IMG/VR virus record: IMGVR_UViG_3300036861_001052
Span: 74,415 to 138,414 of that record
Length of the DNA: 64,000 nucleotides
Source: a virus
Direction: 5' to 3' (one strand)
This document shows positions 41,439 through 52,627 of the stretch, piece by piece; the stretch's first letter is position 1; the number at the start of each line of letters is the position of its first letter. The notes beneath the pieces were generated by a model that was not told the DNA's origin, did no database searches, and was given only the letters and a program-made list of their open reading frames with translations. The translations under genes and the position numbers were made by a program.

Positions 41439-44400
41439 AACGGCGCTGTCATCGCCGTCATCATGCGGAGCGGGCTCGGCATGACCTCGCTCGCGCTCCG
41501 GATGGGGCGGAGCCCTGCCTCGAAGGCGTTCCGGGTGAGGAGGCGCCTCGGTGGGGCGTTCGGCAGGAGCTCTTCGTCCTCGTCCTCGCCGCCGACGGAG
41601 AAGTAGGTCTGGGGCGCTTTGGGCGCCTCGAGCACGGCTCTTCGTGGGCCCCCCTCCCGCGAGACGACCACGGTCGGCCGGCGCCGCATGACCTGAATAT
41701 TGCCGCTCTCGACGGCAGATCGAGCGATGGCCTCGGTGACGTCCGGGCTCGGGAGGGCAATTTCTGCCCGGACGGAATCCTGGACGAGCCCTGCCTCGAG
41801 CACTTCGGCCGCTCCTGCCTCGTCGAGGCCCTCCTCGACGGCGATCCGGCGGAGGTCGTCCTCGCGGAGATCTTCGCTACTCCGGAGGATCCTGCGGGAG
41901 GCCTGCCGGAAGCCCGCCAGGTAGCGGAGGCGCGCCTTTTGTCCCGAGAGGCCGAGCTCGGCGGCGAGCCGCTTCTCGACTACCTCGGGGCAGGGAACGA
42001 TCCAGGCGATGTAGGAGAGCATGACCGAGTAGAGAAGGCTGTACTCACTCGAGCGCTCGCCGCCGCGCAGGACGGGGATCCCATGGCGCCGGACGTGCTC
42101 CCACATGCCGCGCGCCGCCCTCCGCATCACGCACTCCGAGTCCCGCCCGTCGTAGCGGCGCCCGAACTCCTCTCGGAACGCCGCCGTGTGCACGATGGTC
42201 CGCTTCTTCGTGTCGATCCGGAAGGAGTCCTTGTCGAAGAGCGTGCTCCGGAGAATGTTGGCGTCGACGAGCTCGACACTAGCCGATGGAAACGCCGCAC
42301 GCAGGAGCGCCTCGATGCGGGCGTCGAGGGGCCTCGGGAGAGACGGCCGCTCCACCTTCGGATCGCCGACGCCGAGTGCGGCGAGCCTTTCCGTGATGAG
42401 CTTGAGGGTCTCGCGCTCCCGCTCGGCCTCGTCTTTTTCTTTGGCGCGCGACGCCTTCCGGAGCGACTCGACGCTCTCGTAGTAGCCCTTGAGGAGCTCG
42501 CGGGCTTCGCTGACTTGGATCTTCATCGCCTCCTCGGCGAAGCCGACTTCGGCGGAGCGCTCTTTCTCGCGCGCCACCGACAGATCCTGCCCCGTGATGG
42601 ATCCGATCCATTTCAGAAACCAGGAAAACTCCTCCGGACTCTTGTCGTAGATGTCGCGCACGGGATCATCTGCGAGAAACCAATCCGGGAGCTCTTCGGC
42701 CGGGCTCACGCCGACGAGAGAGGCCTCGGCAAACTTCTCCATGAAGGCCGTCCACTCTTCGTCGTCCCGCTCGCTCCCACGCGGCCGCTCGATGTGCTCG
42801 AACGCCCGCACCGTCGTCGTGTAGCGCTCGGCGTTCTGCTCGAGCCAGCGGGCGAGGTAGTCGTCGTCGTGGGCGCGGATGTCTTTACCGACCCGCGCTT
42901 CCGCATCGAACGGCACGAACCGAAACTTCCCCTTCGTGCCGCGGGATAGGCCCCGCTGGATCTCCTGGAACGCTCCCCACCACCGGTCGAGCCCGAAGGC
43001 TTTCGTCGGCGAGGTCTTCATCCACTCGGCGCGAAGAGCCTCGACTTTGGCAAACAGCGTGGGCGCTTTGATCTCCGAATAGAGCTGCTCGCCCGCGAAG
43101 ACCGGCAAGGGGGGCACCGTGACCGTCTTCGTCTTCCCCTCCTTGTCCCGTACGGTGACCGTGACTTCTCCGTGCTTGGAGGCAGAGCCGCGCGCAAACC
43201 ACGGAAGGAGCGAGAGCTCGCCGAGGCCGTAGCTCAAGGGCCACGGGTCGTAGTGCTCGCCGAGCCAGTGGTCTGCCTGCACCATGTCCTTGCCACGGCG
43301 CTCGTAGAGCGCGACCGTGCCAGGGCTCTTTCCCTGGCGGGGCTCGACGCGGGTGAAGTGGATCTTTTCTCGCGCTTCGTCGCGGTGCGAGCCCGGTGGG
43401 GCGCCGATGTCCGCGTACGCGTAGAAGGGGGAGCCGCGGGAGATGTCCTTCTTCGGCGGCGCGGGCGGCTCCTCGTCCTCGGCGATCGCGACGAGGCCTC
43501 CCTCTGTCGCGGGCTCGGGCCCCATCTTCGGCGACTCGGCGACGAGAGTCGGATCGGCCTCTTCCCTGGCTTGGACGCCGTAGGTCTCGATGACTCGCGC
43601 GGGGGGAGGCACGGCCGGCGGCGTCCCGGCAGCCGCCCCGCCGGCAATGTACTCGAGGATCTCGTTTTGGCCGGACAGCACATCGAGCTCGCGTTCGTCT
43701 TCGATGTAGCCCTCGGTCACGACCACGCTCGAGTGACCGAGGATGCTCTGGATCTCCCGGATGGGTTTCCCCCGCTTCGACATCGCCGTCGCGGCGAAGT
43801 GCCGGAAGGCGTGGCTGTAGACGAGGCGGCTCTCCTCTGCCGAGAGGCCCGCTTTCTCGGCGATGCGCTTTAGAAGCGCCCGGAGACACCACCTCGACAT
43901 GGGCCGGCTGTGAGCGGGCCGCACGTTGGGTTTCATCTCCTGATACTGCGAGGGGGAGTTCGCTCCCCAGAAAGCGACCGGAGGAAAGAGCGGCGCGTCG
44001 GTCTCTTCGGAGAGCGCCCGGTAGCGCCAGGCTGCGCCCCCGCGCGGGACGTAGAGCTGCCCCTTCGGATCCTCGGACTGAGCGCCGGGGGGCGCCGCGC
44101 GCGCCGCGAGGGCCGACTGAAAGTCGTAGAGCGATCGGAGCGCGTACGGCGGGTAGGGAAGCCTGTGATGGACGCCGCCCTTCCGGACGAGCTCGACCAT
44201 GACGGGAGCTGTGCGCGGCTCGAGCCAGCCGGGCGTCCTCTCGAGCTCGGTCGCCTTCGGCTTCTCGCGAGTGAGCCGGCGGGCCTCGGTGGCTCGGACT
44301 CCCGTGAGGACCAGAAACCAGAAGATGGCGGCGTCGCGCTTTTCGACGAGCGAAGGCCCGCCGGTCGCGGCGAGGAGGCGCTCGACTATCGCCGGGGTGA

Positions 44401-45274
44401 GCCTGGGGCGCCGTGCGCGCGCGGCGCGCTTGTCGGCAGAGAGGCCGCGGGAGACTCGCGCCGAGATCTCGTCGAAGACGTTCGTGCGAACGAGGGGCTC
44501 TACGTCCACGTCGGCGCGGGCGAGCTCGGTCCATAGGCGGGAGAGAGCCGCGAGCCGGAGCGCAATCGCCGAGCGTCCGAGCGGCCGCGGCACGGGCAGG
44601 CTGTAGATGAAGATGTCTTCGAGCGGGACTTCTTTCGTGCCGCCGCCGTCGCGCGGCACGGTCACGGTAAAGACGTCGATGCCGATCTGGGAGTTCTCCT
44701 TACGGAGCTCGGAGAGGGTCGGCGACCGGACGAGGAGATCGTGGAGCACCATGCGGCCGAGCTCGCTCGCGAGCCAGGTCCGGAGGCCGACGCCGCCCTC
44801 GTGGGCGCGCGCGAGCCCCGCCGGAAGGCCGGCGAGGATGCTCTCGAGATCGGCCGAGCCGAGAGACTTCACTAGATCGTAGAGCGCCAGCCGCTCGGGC
44901 TGGTCACCGTCCCTGAGGCGCTCTCCCTCGAGCGTGAAGGATTTGGTCGCGAGCCACTCGACGTAGTCCTCGGCGTCCTTCCGGCTCACCTCCCGCGGCA
45001 GGACCACCCGGCGCTTGACCGTTGCGCTCCACTCGAAAAATTCCGCGATGGCGCGGCCGTACTCCTCCCTGGTCCGGGGTGAGTACCTGCCCACATAGGA
45101 GCTGTAGCGGCCGCCCGGCGCGTCGGGGCCGGCGATGCGGCTCAAGATCTCCGCGTACCTCTCGGTGACCTTGCGGCTCCCCTCGCCAAAGGCCTCGGTC
45201 CACCGCTCGAGAGCCTCCGGGGTGCGCTTGCCCCTCGCGAGCGCAAGCTCCGGACGGTTCCGACCGAGCATCAC
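41435..45274 (-). CDS. Very large tyrosine recombinase/integrase (1279 aa)
   Basis: SAM-like SPRTREEY; catalytic R (LTGVR), K (RKGG), HAFR, LGH and Y (TEGY); C-terminal extension of more than 700 aa. Confidence 0.9.
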   Translation of the reverse strand: MMLGRNRPELALARGKRTPEALERWTEAFGEGSRKVTERYAEILSRIAGPDAPGGRYSSYVGRYSPRTREEYGRAIAEFFEWSATVKRRVVLPREVSRKDAEDYVEWLATKSFTLEGERLRDGDQPERLALYDLVKSLGSADLESILAGLPAGLARAHEGGVGLRTWLASELGRMVLHDLLVRSPTLSELRKENSQIGIDVFTVTVPRDGGGTKEVPLEDIFIYSLPVPRPLGRSAIALRLAALSRLWTELARADVDVEPLVRTNVFDEISARVSRGLSADKRAARARRPRLTPAIVERLLAATGGPSLVEKRDAAIFWFLVLTGVRATEARRLTREKPKATELERTPGWLEPRTAPVMVELVRKGGVHHRLPYPPYALRSLYDFQSALAARAAPPGAQSEDPKGQLYVPRGGAAWRYRALSEETDAPLFPPVAFWGANSPSQYQEMKPNVRPAHSRPMSRWCLRALLKRIAEKAGLSAEESRLVYSHAFRHFAATAMSKRGKPIREIQSILGHSSVVVTEGYIEDERELDVLSGQNEILEYIAGGAAAGTPPAVPPPARVIETYGVQAREEADPTLVAESPKMGPEPATEGGLVAIAEDEEPPAPPKKDISRGSPFYAYADIGAPPGSHRDEAREKIHFTRVEPRQGKSPGTVALYERRGKDMVQADHWLGEHYDPWPLSYGLGELSLLPWFARGSASKHGEVTVTVRDKEGKTKTVTVPPLPVFAGEQLYSEIKAPTLFAKVEALRAEWMKTSPTKAFGLDRWWGAFQEIQRGLSRGTKGKFRFVPFDAEARVGKDIRAHDDDYLARWLEQNAERYTTTVRAFEHIERPRGSERDDEEWTAFMEKFAEASLVGVSPAEELPDWFLADDPVRDIYDKSPEEFSWFLKWIGSITGQDLSVAREKERSAEVGFAEEAMKIQVSEARELLKGYYESVESLRKASRAKEKDEAERERETLKLITERLAALGVGDPKVERPSLPRPLDARIEALLRAAFPSASVELVDANILRSTLFDKDSFRIDTKKRTIVHTAAFREEFGRRYDGRDSECVMRRAARGMWEHVRRHGIPVLRGGERSSEYSLLYSVMLSYIAWIVPCPEVVEKRLAAELGLSGQKARLRYLAGFRQASRRILRSSEDLREDDLRRIAVEEGLDEAGAAEVLEAGLVQDSVRAEIALPSPDVTEAIARSAVESGNIQVMRRRPTVVVSREGGPRRAVLEAPKAPQTYFSVGGEDEDEELLPNAPPRRLLTRNAFEAGLRPIRSASEVMPSPLRMMTAMTAPF

Positions 45275-45331
45275 GTTACCATAATCCTCGAGCCGCTCGA
45301 TTCCTAGCGGCGTTTGGGCTTAGAGTCGGGT

Positions 45332-45766
45332 GTGCTCCATGCCTCCCGTATCACCGACGATCTCTGGGTCGGCTCCGCTCCGCCTCCCGGGCACTACTGG
45401 GGACGCTTCGACGTGCTGGTCCTCGTCTCGAGCGAGTACCAGCCGGCGTCCCGAGGCTTCCCCGGGCTCATCGTCCGGCGCTTCCCCTTCGACGACACGG
45501 AAGCCATGTCGAAGGCCGACGTAGAAGCGGCCTGGCGCGCCGCCGTCGCCGTCGCCGAGGATATCCTCGCTGGCCACCGCGTGCTCGTGACGTGCAACAT
45601 GGGCCGGAACCGCTCCGCGCTCGTCGGCGCGCTCGCCCTTCACATGCTGACGGGCATGTCGGGTGAGAAGGCGGCGAAGATCGTCCGCTCTAAACGGGTC
45701 GACGCCCTCGGCGTCCGTGCCCTCTCGAACCCGACGTTCCGAGCGTTTCTTCGGAAACTGCCTTGA
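45332..45766 (+). CDS. Dual-specificity/PTP-like phosphatase
   Basis: LWVGS, FPFDD and the CX5R loop VTCNMGRNRS; TAGAGT -10 just upstream. Confidence 0.85.
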   Translation: MLHASRITDDLWVGSAPPPGHYWGRFDVLVLVSSEYQPASRGFPGLIVRRFPFDDTEAMSKADVEAAWRAAVAVAEDILAGHRVLVTCNMGRNRSALVGALALHMLTGMSGEKAAKIVRSKRVDALGVRALSNPTFRAFLRKLP

Positions 45767-48542
45767 GGGCGTAGCGGCCGGCCTGGATGTCCGTCGCCCA
45801 GCGATTGTAGAGCGACTGCTCGATGAGCCGGTAGTGCCCGGACCAGGCTTCTTCGAGCCGGAAGGCGAAGAGGTCCCAGTCGATCTTTTCCGTGAGCCTC
45901 GGATCTCCTGGCCACGCGGCCTTGAGGTAGCGGGAGAGATCTTCTTCGTTGACGGCGAGCGGGTAGACGGCGCTCGTCCGGGTCACCTTGTTGATCTTCG
46001 TGCGGTGCTTCGGCGGTCTCATCGCTTCGCCGCCTCCGGCTTCGGGTAGATGCGGCCCGAGTACGTGTACTCGAGCACGGTGACCTTCTGGCCCTTGGCC
46101 CAGACGTCGAAGCCCTCGAGAGGCGCCTTCTCGAGCAGGTAGTGCTCACCGTTTTCGCGGATGATGACCCAGATGTGCTCGTTCATGGGCGGTTCTCCTC
46201 CATGAGGCCGGAGGCGACAAGCGCCGCTTCGGTGGCAGCGAGACGCGCTTCCAGGCGTTTGATGTGCTGGTGAGCGCAGGCAATCTCGTGCCCGCGGGCC
46301 TCTATGTCGCTCAACCCGCGTCCGCCAAAGGCCAACTCGCGTCCGCACAAGGAACACGCGACTACAACGGATGGGGGCGGTGGCGGCGCACGCACTGGCC
46401 CCATCATATCCGGTGGCTGCTTCACGTGGCTCATGGGGTCCTTTCTGGTGCCGCTCACCTAGGCACCGGCTTTATGTCGCAATGCCTCCGCTAGCTCCTG
46501 GTTCTGCGGGGCCAGGAGAGCGGAGCGCAGGCGAAGCTCATCACTCGCGTCCGCCGCGCCAATGGATCGTAGAAAATCGATCATGACGCCGATGACGAGT
46601 GCGTTCGTCGGCTCCGGCGTCTTACGGTAGTCGAACGCGCCCGCCATCAGCGTCACTTCTGCAAACGTTGCGTACGGAGCGAGCCTATCCTCCAGGTCCT
46701 CTGCGCTCGTGTACCCGCGCGGAGAACGCACCTCGCGACCTGTGGCGGCGGCCACAATCGCGACACCAGCGAGAATCTGGCTCGGGTCCAAAGTCTTCCA
46801 CTGCCCCACCGTCCGTTCCTTGGTGGAGGGCTTAGCCTTGCGCCTGATCTGGTGTTTCCGGTTTGCTGGCTTCGACTGCTTCAGTCCCAAATCGGGGTTC
46901 GCTGAACGTGATCCGCTCACCATGACTCATAATCCGACACGTCGGCCTCCTTCCCGCAGCCCTGGCACTTCACGACGATCTTCGTGCCGATGCCCGTCGC
47001 TGTGAAGCGAAGCGTGAAGTCCAGCGCCGGACCGTGGTGCTTCTTCACGAACGCCGCGATGCTCTTGCGCTCGACGTCTGACACACGGAACCAGTCTCGC
47101 TGGTCAGAAACAACCGGCGCGGCCTTCTTACGGCTCCGCTGAGTACCCTGCTTCATCTTCGCGACCCCTTCTTGGTGCTCCTGAGTAGCGATGCCTGTTT
47201 ATAAAAAGCTAATTCCAGGATGCGCAGTGTTTCGTTGATCGACGGCGTGACCGCTCCAAGCGTCAAGACACGGGCCTCGTTCACTGCATGTGCGGCACGC
47301 AATGCCTGAATGGCGGACGTGCACCCGACTTGTCGAACGGCGTTCCGTACTCCGGTAGCGTCCTGCTTCATCATGACTAGTTGAGTCCTCCACCTTCGCG
47401 CGGCGTGTCGTCGAACACGACCGGCTCGACCTTATGCGGACCGCCGGGACACTTCGCGTCGCGCTGTCCCTCGTCCCAGTGCTCGCACCGCGTCGCAGCG
47501 GAATAGACCCCCGCGTCGCATTCGGCATCGCCGAGGTTGTGATACGGCAGGTGGCGACGTGCTCCGTCCGGGCAGACGATCTCCCAACCGCTCGCGAGCT
47601 TGCTCATAGGTGTTCCGTCCTTCCGCGGATCAGGCCGCAACCGTGCTTCATTCTCGCTCACTCGTCCCCTGTGCTGACCCCGCTCACCATCGGACACTCG
47701 TTGTCATGTTTGTTGCCTGGCGGCGACGTGTTGCAGAACAGACAATCCCCGGTGTCGCGCCACCAGTCGTAGCACGCCGCGTACACCCAGCGTGCGCGCT
47801 CATCGCTGGGGATAGGTAGCGGCGCGACCGAAATAAACGCCGACTCCGTACTCTGCTCGTCCGTGTTTGCCATCATCATACCTCCGTAGCGTCCTGCTTC
47901 ATTCGCGCGGCTCCGATCCGTCTTTGATCCCGGCTGCCAAGCGCGCCCATCGCCGACCCTTTTGGGTCAGCGTAATCGTTGGGGGCCATGTCAGATTGTC
48001 TTTCGTTCCGTGCGACTCAATAACCAGTCCGTGCAGCCGCAAAATGCGCAGCGTGCGCTGCTCCTTCCGCGAGACCTGATGACCCGGGCTGAATAGCGTG
48101 GTGAGCAAAAGTCGCCACTGTGGGACCGTGAGCACTTTCCTTCGATCGCGCTCCGTTGAGGCGCGACGGTCGTCAGAATCGACCGGCGCGCCCGCCTCGG
48201 AATTCGACTGAGTCTCGTGCTTCATCTGCGAACTCCTGTTCGCGCTCTCTTGGTTGTCGCCTCTTGGTAGCGGCGAGCGACGTGCCTATCGAGGTCATCA
48301 CTAGGCTTACGGAACGCCCAGATGCCGCGGCCGACATGTACCAACAGCCCTGCCTTTTTCAGGCGCTCAACAGCCCGCAATTCGCTTTTGCTTGGCTTCA
48401 TCTCTTGCCACCGAGCCAGACCGCCAACGTACAGACGAACGTGGCTAACAGTCCGCCGACCAGAATTCCTAGGGCCAGGTCGCTCATCGTCGCGCCTCGT
48501 AGTGCCTGAGGAAGTCGAAGAGCTCTCGGTTCCACCGCGCAT
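45690..48542 (-). CDS. Array of about 10 small hypothetical genes, partly lower GC
   Basis: Consecutive overlapping minus-strand ORFs (e.g. 45690-46022, 46019-46186, 46917-47156, 47153-47374, 47899-48225); starts uncertain. Confidence 0.5.
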
Positions 48543-49014
48543 CCGCGAGCGCGTTGTGCTCGCCCGCCAGCTGGGGCGGGTGCCTCGGATTGCCCAGCAT
48601 GTAGGAAAGCTGCTTCAGATCCAGGCAGTACTTCGGGAAATGGTTCGGGAGGCCCATCATCGTGCCGTAGAGCTGGCAGAGCGCCACCCAGTCGTAGTCG
48701 GCGTAGTAGGCCCAGAGCTCGACGTTCCGGTCGGTCGGGATGAAAGTGGCCAGTCTGTCGCGGATGGCCTCGCGGGGCATCCAGGCGGCGTCGCCGTAAG
48801 GAGGGAGCGAGGGCAGCACGTGATGGCGGACCCAGGACGAGACGAGATGGAGCTTCGCGTTCCGGTTCACGGCGTAAAACTCCTGCCCGTCGGACGAGAC
48901 GACTCCGATCGAGATGAGGTCGATGGTCTCGCCGTCCTCGTAGAACTCCGTGTCGATGAAGAATCGCGTGAAGTCGTCGCGATACTCGATCTGCTGGCCT
49001 AGCGTTACTGTCAT
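48484..49014 (-). CDS. DEDDh 3'-5' exonuclease (Rv2179c/DUF5051-like)
   Basis: FIDTEF, LISIGVV, YADYDWV, CLDLKQ, HNALADARW. Confidence 0.85.
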   Translation of the reverse strand: MTVTLGQQIEYRDDFTRFFIDTEFYEDGETIDLISIGVVSSDGQEFYAVNRNAKLHLVSSWVRHHVLPSLPPYGDAAWMPREAIRDRLATFIPTDRNVELWAYYADYDWVALCQLYGTMMGLPNHFPKYCLDLKQLSYMLGNPRHPPQLAGEHNALADARWNRELFDFLRHYEARR

Positions 49015-49494
49015 GAGAGCCTTTGTCTTATCGCCCGCTGTAGGGTTTGCACGTCGGCCGGGATGGGCTCGTCCTTGGGCCAGGGCTCGCGCTGGAGAGT
49101 CTCTCCTGTGTAGACGGAGACGCCCCCGCACTGGATGCAGACGCTCAGATCTCCGGCGGCCGGGTAGCGCGTGTGGAAGCCGGTGGCCCGGTCTTGTTTG
49201 TCTCCACAGTACGGGCACGCGGCCTCAGGCACGCGCACGCTCGGCTTCAGCTCACGGCGGACGGGGTCGGACATGGTGGGACTCATTGAGAGCCAGATCA
49301 GCGAGGCGGCTTCTGACGCGCACAGCTAGTTTCAGTAGGTCGCTCCGGAGACCGTCCGGGAGCGGGAGCGCTGTCCGCTCGATTTCTTCGATCGCGGCAA
49401 GCAGGCCGAGCCGGTAGCCGGTTCGGAGCGCCTCGTGCATGACGGGCGGGTAGGCGTCCGAGAGGAGGTCGCCGAGGCTCTCCTTCGCGGTCAC
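49011..49494 (-). CDS. Two small genes (49011-49286 with two CxxC; 49252-49494)
   Basis: Overlapping ORFs in the leftward array. Confidence 0.55.
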
Positions 49495-50021
49495 CCTGCC
49501 CTCCGGAGCGGCGTCACGCCGATCGTTTCCTTGCTGATGCCGCCGCGCTGGATTTCCACGATGACCTCTTCCTGCTTGAGCCTCGTAGCGATCTCCTCGC
49601 CGAGCTCGATCATCTGCTGCCGGAACTCCTTCACGGGCGAGCCCGCGAGATTCAGGATGATGATCTGAGAGCCCTGCTCGTCGACGACGGACTGGTCACG
49701 CTTGCTCGTGTAGAGGCCGCGCTGGTAGAGAAACGTCGCGTCGGGGGTGCCGACCTGAGCCTTCCGGACGCGCTTGACGATACGGACGACGTCACCCATC
49801 TTCCACCGCGGCTTCTCACCGACGTTGAAGCCGACGAAGATCCGCGCGGCGTAGATCGGCTGGCGGCTCGACCAGCCGGCGGGGTTTTCGACGTAGGCGT
49901 TGCTCCTGCCCTCGAGCGTCAGGCGGCCGTTCGGGCGAAAGAATCCGACGTCGCCGTTGGGGTTCTGCCAGGAGAACCGGCGCGTGTCGGCGGGGACTGT
50001 CATGTAGGCAGAGCGGGTCAT
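49491..50021 (-). CDS. Hypothetical protein with an Asn-motif-rich N-terminus
   Basis: WQNPNG, FRPN, GRSN and YVENP, followed by a compact alpha/beta domain. Confidence 0.65.
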   Translation of the reverse strand: MTRSAYMTVPADTRRFSWQNPNGDVGFFRPNGRLTLEGRSNAYVENPAGWSSRQPIYAARIFVGFNVGEKPRWKMGDVVRIVKRVRKAQVGTPDATFLYQRGLYTSKRDQSVVDEQGSQIIILNLAGSPVKEFRQQMIELGEEIATRLKQEEVIVEIQRGGISKETIGVTPLRRAG

Positions 50022-51130
50022 TAGGGGACCTTCCAGTAAGGGCCGGCGAGCGCCTTCTCGAACTTGAATACGGCCTCGTCGAGCTCCGCGTCCACATGGC
50101 GTGCGATGGTCGTCGGATACTTCGGCGCGAGCTGAAACGTGATCTTCGCCCCGTGCTCGTCGAGCCAGGCCTGGAGCTCGGCCATGGTGGTTTCCGGTGT
50201 GACCCTCACGAGTCCTCGAGCTCCGGAACGAGGTAACTACTGTGCTGGACGGGGACGCCGTGCGCGGTGCCGAGTCGGTAGACTTCCCTGGCAAGAGGCA
50301 GGTCGCTCGCCACCCAGCGGCATCGCCCGTCGGGCAATCGGTACACCAGGAACGTGTGACCCGGCTCGAGGCTTTCGAGCGCCTCGGTGTACGCCTGGTC
50401 GAACGCGTCGGGGGGCATCTGGTCTTCGAGCTCGGCCTGTTCGGTCATGGATCTTCCGTCTTCTTTTCAGCCGTGTCGAGGTCTTTGCTCGGGATGTCGC
50501 CACGGGGATAGCCTGGCGCTCCGCGGAGCGGCCTGGCGTAGGCAGGGGGCTTGTCGACTTCTCGGAGGAGATAGTTCGGGGGGAAGGCCACGTAGGCGCG
50601 GCTCTCGTGCGGAGCGCCGCCGTCGTCGCGGTACCGGATGAGCCGGACCGCGAGAACAAACCCCTCGGTCCGAGCGCGCTCGAGGGCCCGCAGCGCGAAC
50701 CTGTCTTCCGGCTTCATGAAGCGGGGGCTCTGAGCGCCGAGGCGCTTCTCGAGCCGGCGCTTCGAGGGAGCGTCGCAGATCTTGTAGTAGGTCGTCCCGG
50801 AGTCCCTCGTCAGGCGGTAGATCTTGCCGGGCTCGCACTCTTTCGCTGGTAGGGCCATCACGTGCCCCCTGCTTTTGGGAAGTTTGGGAGCCTCGAGATT
50901 TCTACGTGCTCGCCAATGAACTCCTCGAGCTCTCGTACGCGCCGGAGGGCGTCGCGCCGCGAAGTCACCAGGCGATCGTAGTCCTCTCGCGGCACGCAGC
51001 AGACCCCGGCGACGCTCGTCACGAACTCGTCGGCGATCTCGAGCCAGTCGACCGCGTCCTTGTTCGGGACGGGCATCAGGCGGCAGAGCGCCCGGGCGAT
51101 CGCGTAGTGCATGGGAATCGTTTCAGGCAT
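50021..51130 (-). CDS. Four small hypothetical genes (50021-50209, 50206-50448, 50445-50861, 50858-51130)
   Basis: Coupled start/stop overlaps. Confidence 0.55.
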
Positions 51131-51218
51131 GGCTGTCCTCGTGAAAAAGCCCCCGGCCGAGGCGGCAGCAGGATGAGGGAAGGACCCGCTTTCCTCGCCC
51201 CAGCCGGGAGCAAAAGTA

Positions 51219-51734
51219 CTACTTGAGCCGCACCTCGGGGGCGCTTGCACTGCCCTCGTGGTGCCCCACGAACTCGAAGCGCCGCGTGCCGACGGGCTCG
51301 CTGTCCTCGTCCCGTTCGAAAAAGATGATGTCGTTCCAGCCGTCGGGGTCGCCGCTGTGACCGAAGAGCGACCGCACACTCACGGTGCCGCGCTCGTGCG
51401 ACAGGTAGACCACCATGGGTTGCCTCGACTCGTGGTGAAAGACGACGCCGAGCGCCGTGTACAGGCCGCCCTTGTAGTGGCGGTAGATGCCGAGCGGCAG
51501 GCGGAGTGGCGCGCCCGAGCCAGGCTCCCACGCTGGCCATTTGCGAGCGAGCGCAATGCACTCGTCGAAGGCGGCAACGGCGGCATCGCGAGCGAAGTCA
51601 CCGTCGGTATCGCGAAGCGCCTGGAGCGCGACGCGGAAGGACTCGAACACTGCTTCGGGACGGGTCGAGTCGTCTGGGGGCGCCTCCGGTAGCGGGCCGT
51701 GGTGCTCGCCGATGTAGTCGTAGTCTTCGGACAT
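51219..51734 (-). CDS. DUF1653-domain protein
   Basis: GIYRHYKGGLY...HHES...MVVY...VR...F...RF. Confidence 0.8.
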   Translation of the reverse strand: MSEDYDYIGEHHGPLPEAPPDDSTRPEAVFESFRVALQALRDTDGDFARDAAVAAFDECIALARKWPAWEPGSGAPLRLPLGIYRHYKGGLYTALGVVFHHESRQPMVVYLSHERGTVSVRSLFGHSGDPDGWNDIIFFERDEDSEPVGTRRFEFVGHHEGSASAPEVRLK

Positions 51735-51821
51735 TTGGATCTCACTTTCTGAACATCAGTCGGTACACCAGGGTCGCCACCACGAACGCAATCCAGAACC
51801 CCACCCAGTCCCAGCCGATCG

Positions 51822-52295
51822 TCATGGCTCGTCCCCCAGCCAGTCGACGTATTCGTCTTGGACCGTGAGGAGCCTGCGCTCCTCCTCGCCGAGGCGGCGA
51901 CGAAGAAAGGCGATCTCCCGATGGATCTGGGCGGTCTTCGCTGCGAGCGGCGTTGGCGTTTCCGGGTAGTGTTTCTTCCTCCATCGGTAGAGGAGGAAGC
52001 GCCGTCCATCCGGGTGCTCGAGACCTTCGATCTCGCCGGTGCGGAACGCCCGGAGCGCGTAGCACTTCTCTCCTACGAGGGCGTCGAACTGCCGGCAGAA
52101 GAAGGCCGCTAACGTTTCTTTGAAGTCGGGGCCCGTGCTCTCGCTGAGAGCGAGCCCCCCGAAACTCTGTACAGAGCTGCCGGTCTCGCCGAGGGCGAGC
52201 GTGAGCGTGCACGTCAGGATCCCGTGGTCCTCGACACCGTAGAAAAAGTCACGGACCCAGGCCGGCTCCCGCGTCATGTCGTCTGGCTTTGCCAT
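51822..52295 (-). CDS. Hypothetical protein
   Basis: EDHGILT...QSFGG motif; coupled to the upstream gene. Confidence 0.6.
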   Translation of the reverse strand: MAKPDDMTREPAWVRDFFYGVEDHGILTCTLTLALGETGSSVQSFGGLALSESTGPDFKETLAAFFCRQFDALVGEKCYALRAFRTGEIEGLEHPDGRRFLLYRWRKKHYPETPTPLAAKTAQIHREIAFLRRRLGEEERRLLTVQDEYVDWLGDEP

Positions 52296-52627
52296 CAGTG
52301 TTTGCTCCAGGTCTGTCCGCCGTCGTGGCTGTGGAAGCCCGCGGCGACGGCGGTGGGGTTCACCTTGCGGCCACTCATCTGCTCGGCGCGCATGACGGCT
52401 TGCTTGAGCGCCCAGGAATTCTCCGCGGCGAGCGTCCGGTACGCGCAGACGTCCGTCACGCTGTCGCGGTCGTTCCAGCCCATGAAGGCCACGGCGCCGT
52501 TCTGGGAGATGGCCACCTTCACGGTGCCCATTCGGAGCGACGCCTCGAGCCTCTGGAGCGCGGCCTTGACCTCGGCCATGCGCTCCTTCAGGGACTGGTT
52601 TACGCGGAGCTTCGTGTCGCAGGGCAT
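52295..52627 (-). CDS. Hypothetical protein associated with the AAA ATPase
   Basis: Starts MPC; TGATG coupling. Confidence 0.65.
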   Translation of the reverse strand: MPCDTKLRVNQSLKERMAEVKAALQRLEASLRMGTVKVAISQNGAVAFMGWNDRDSVTDVCAYRTLAAENSWALKQAVMRAEQMSGRKVNPTAVAAGFHSHDGGQTWSKH

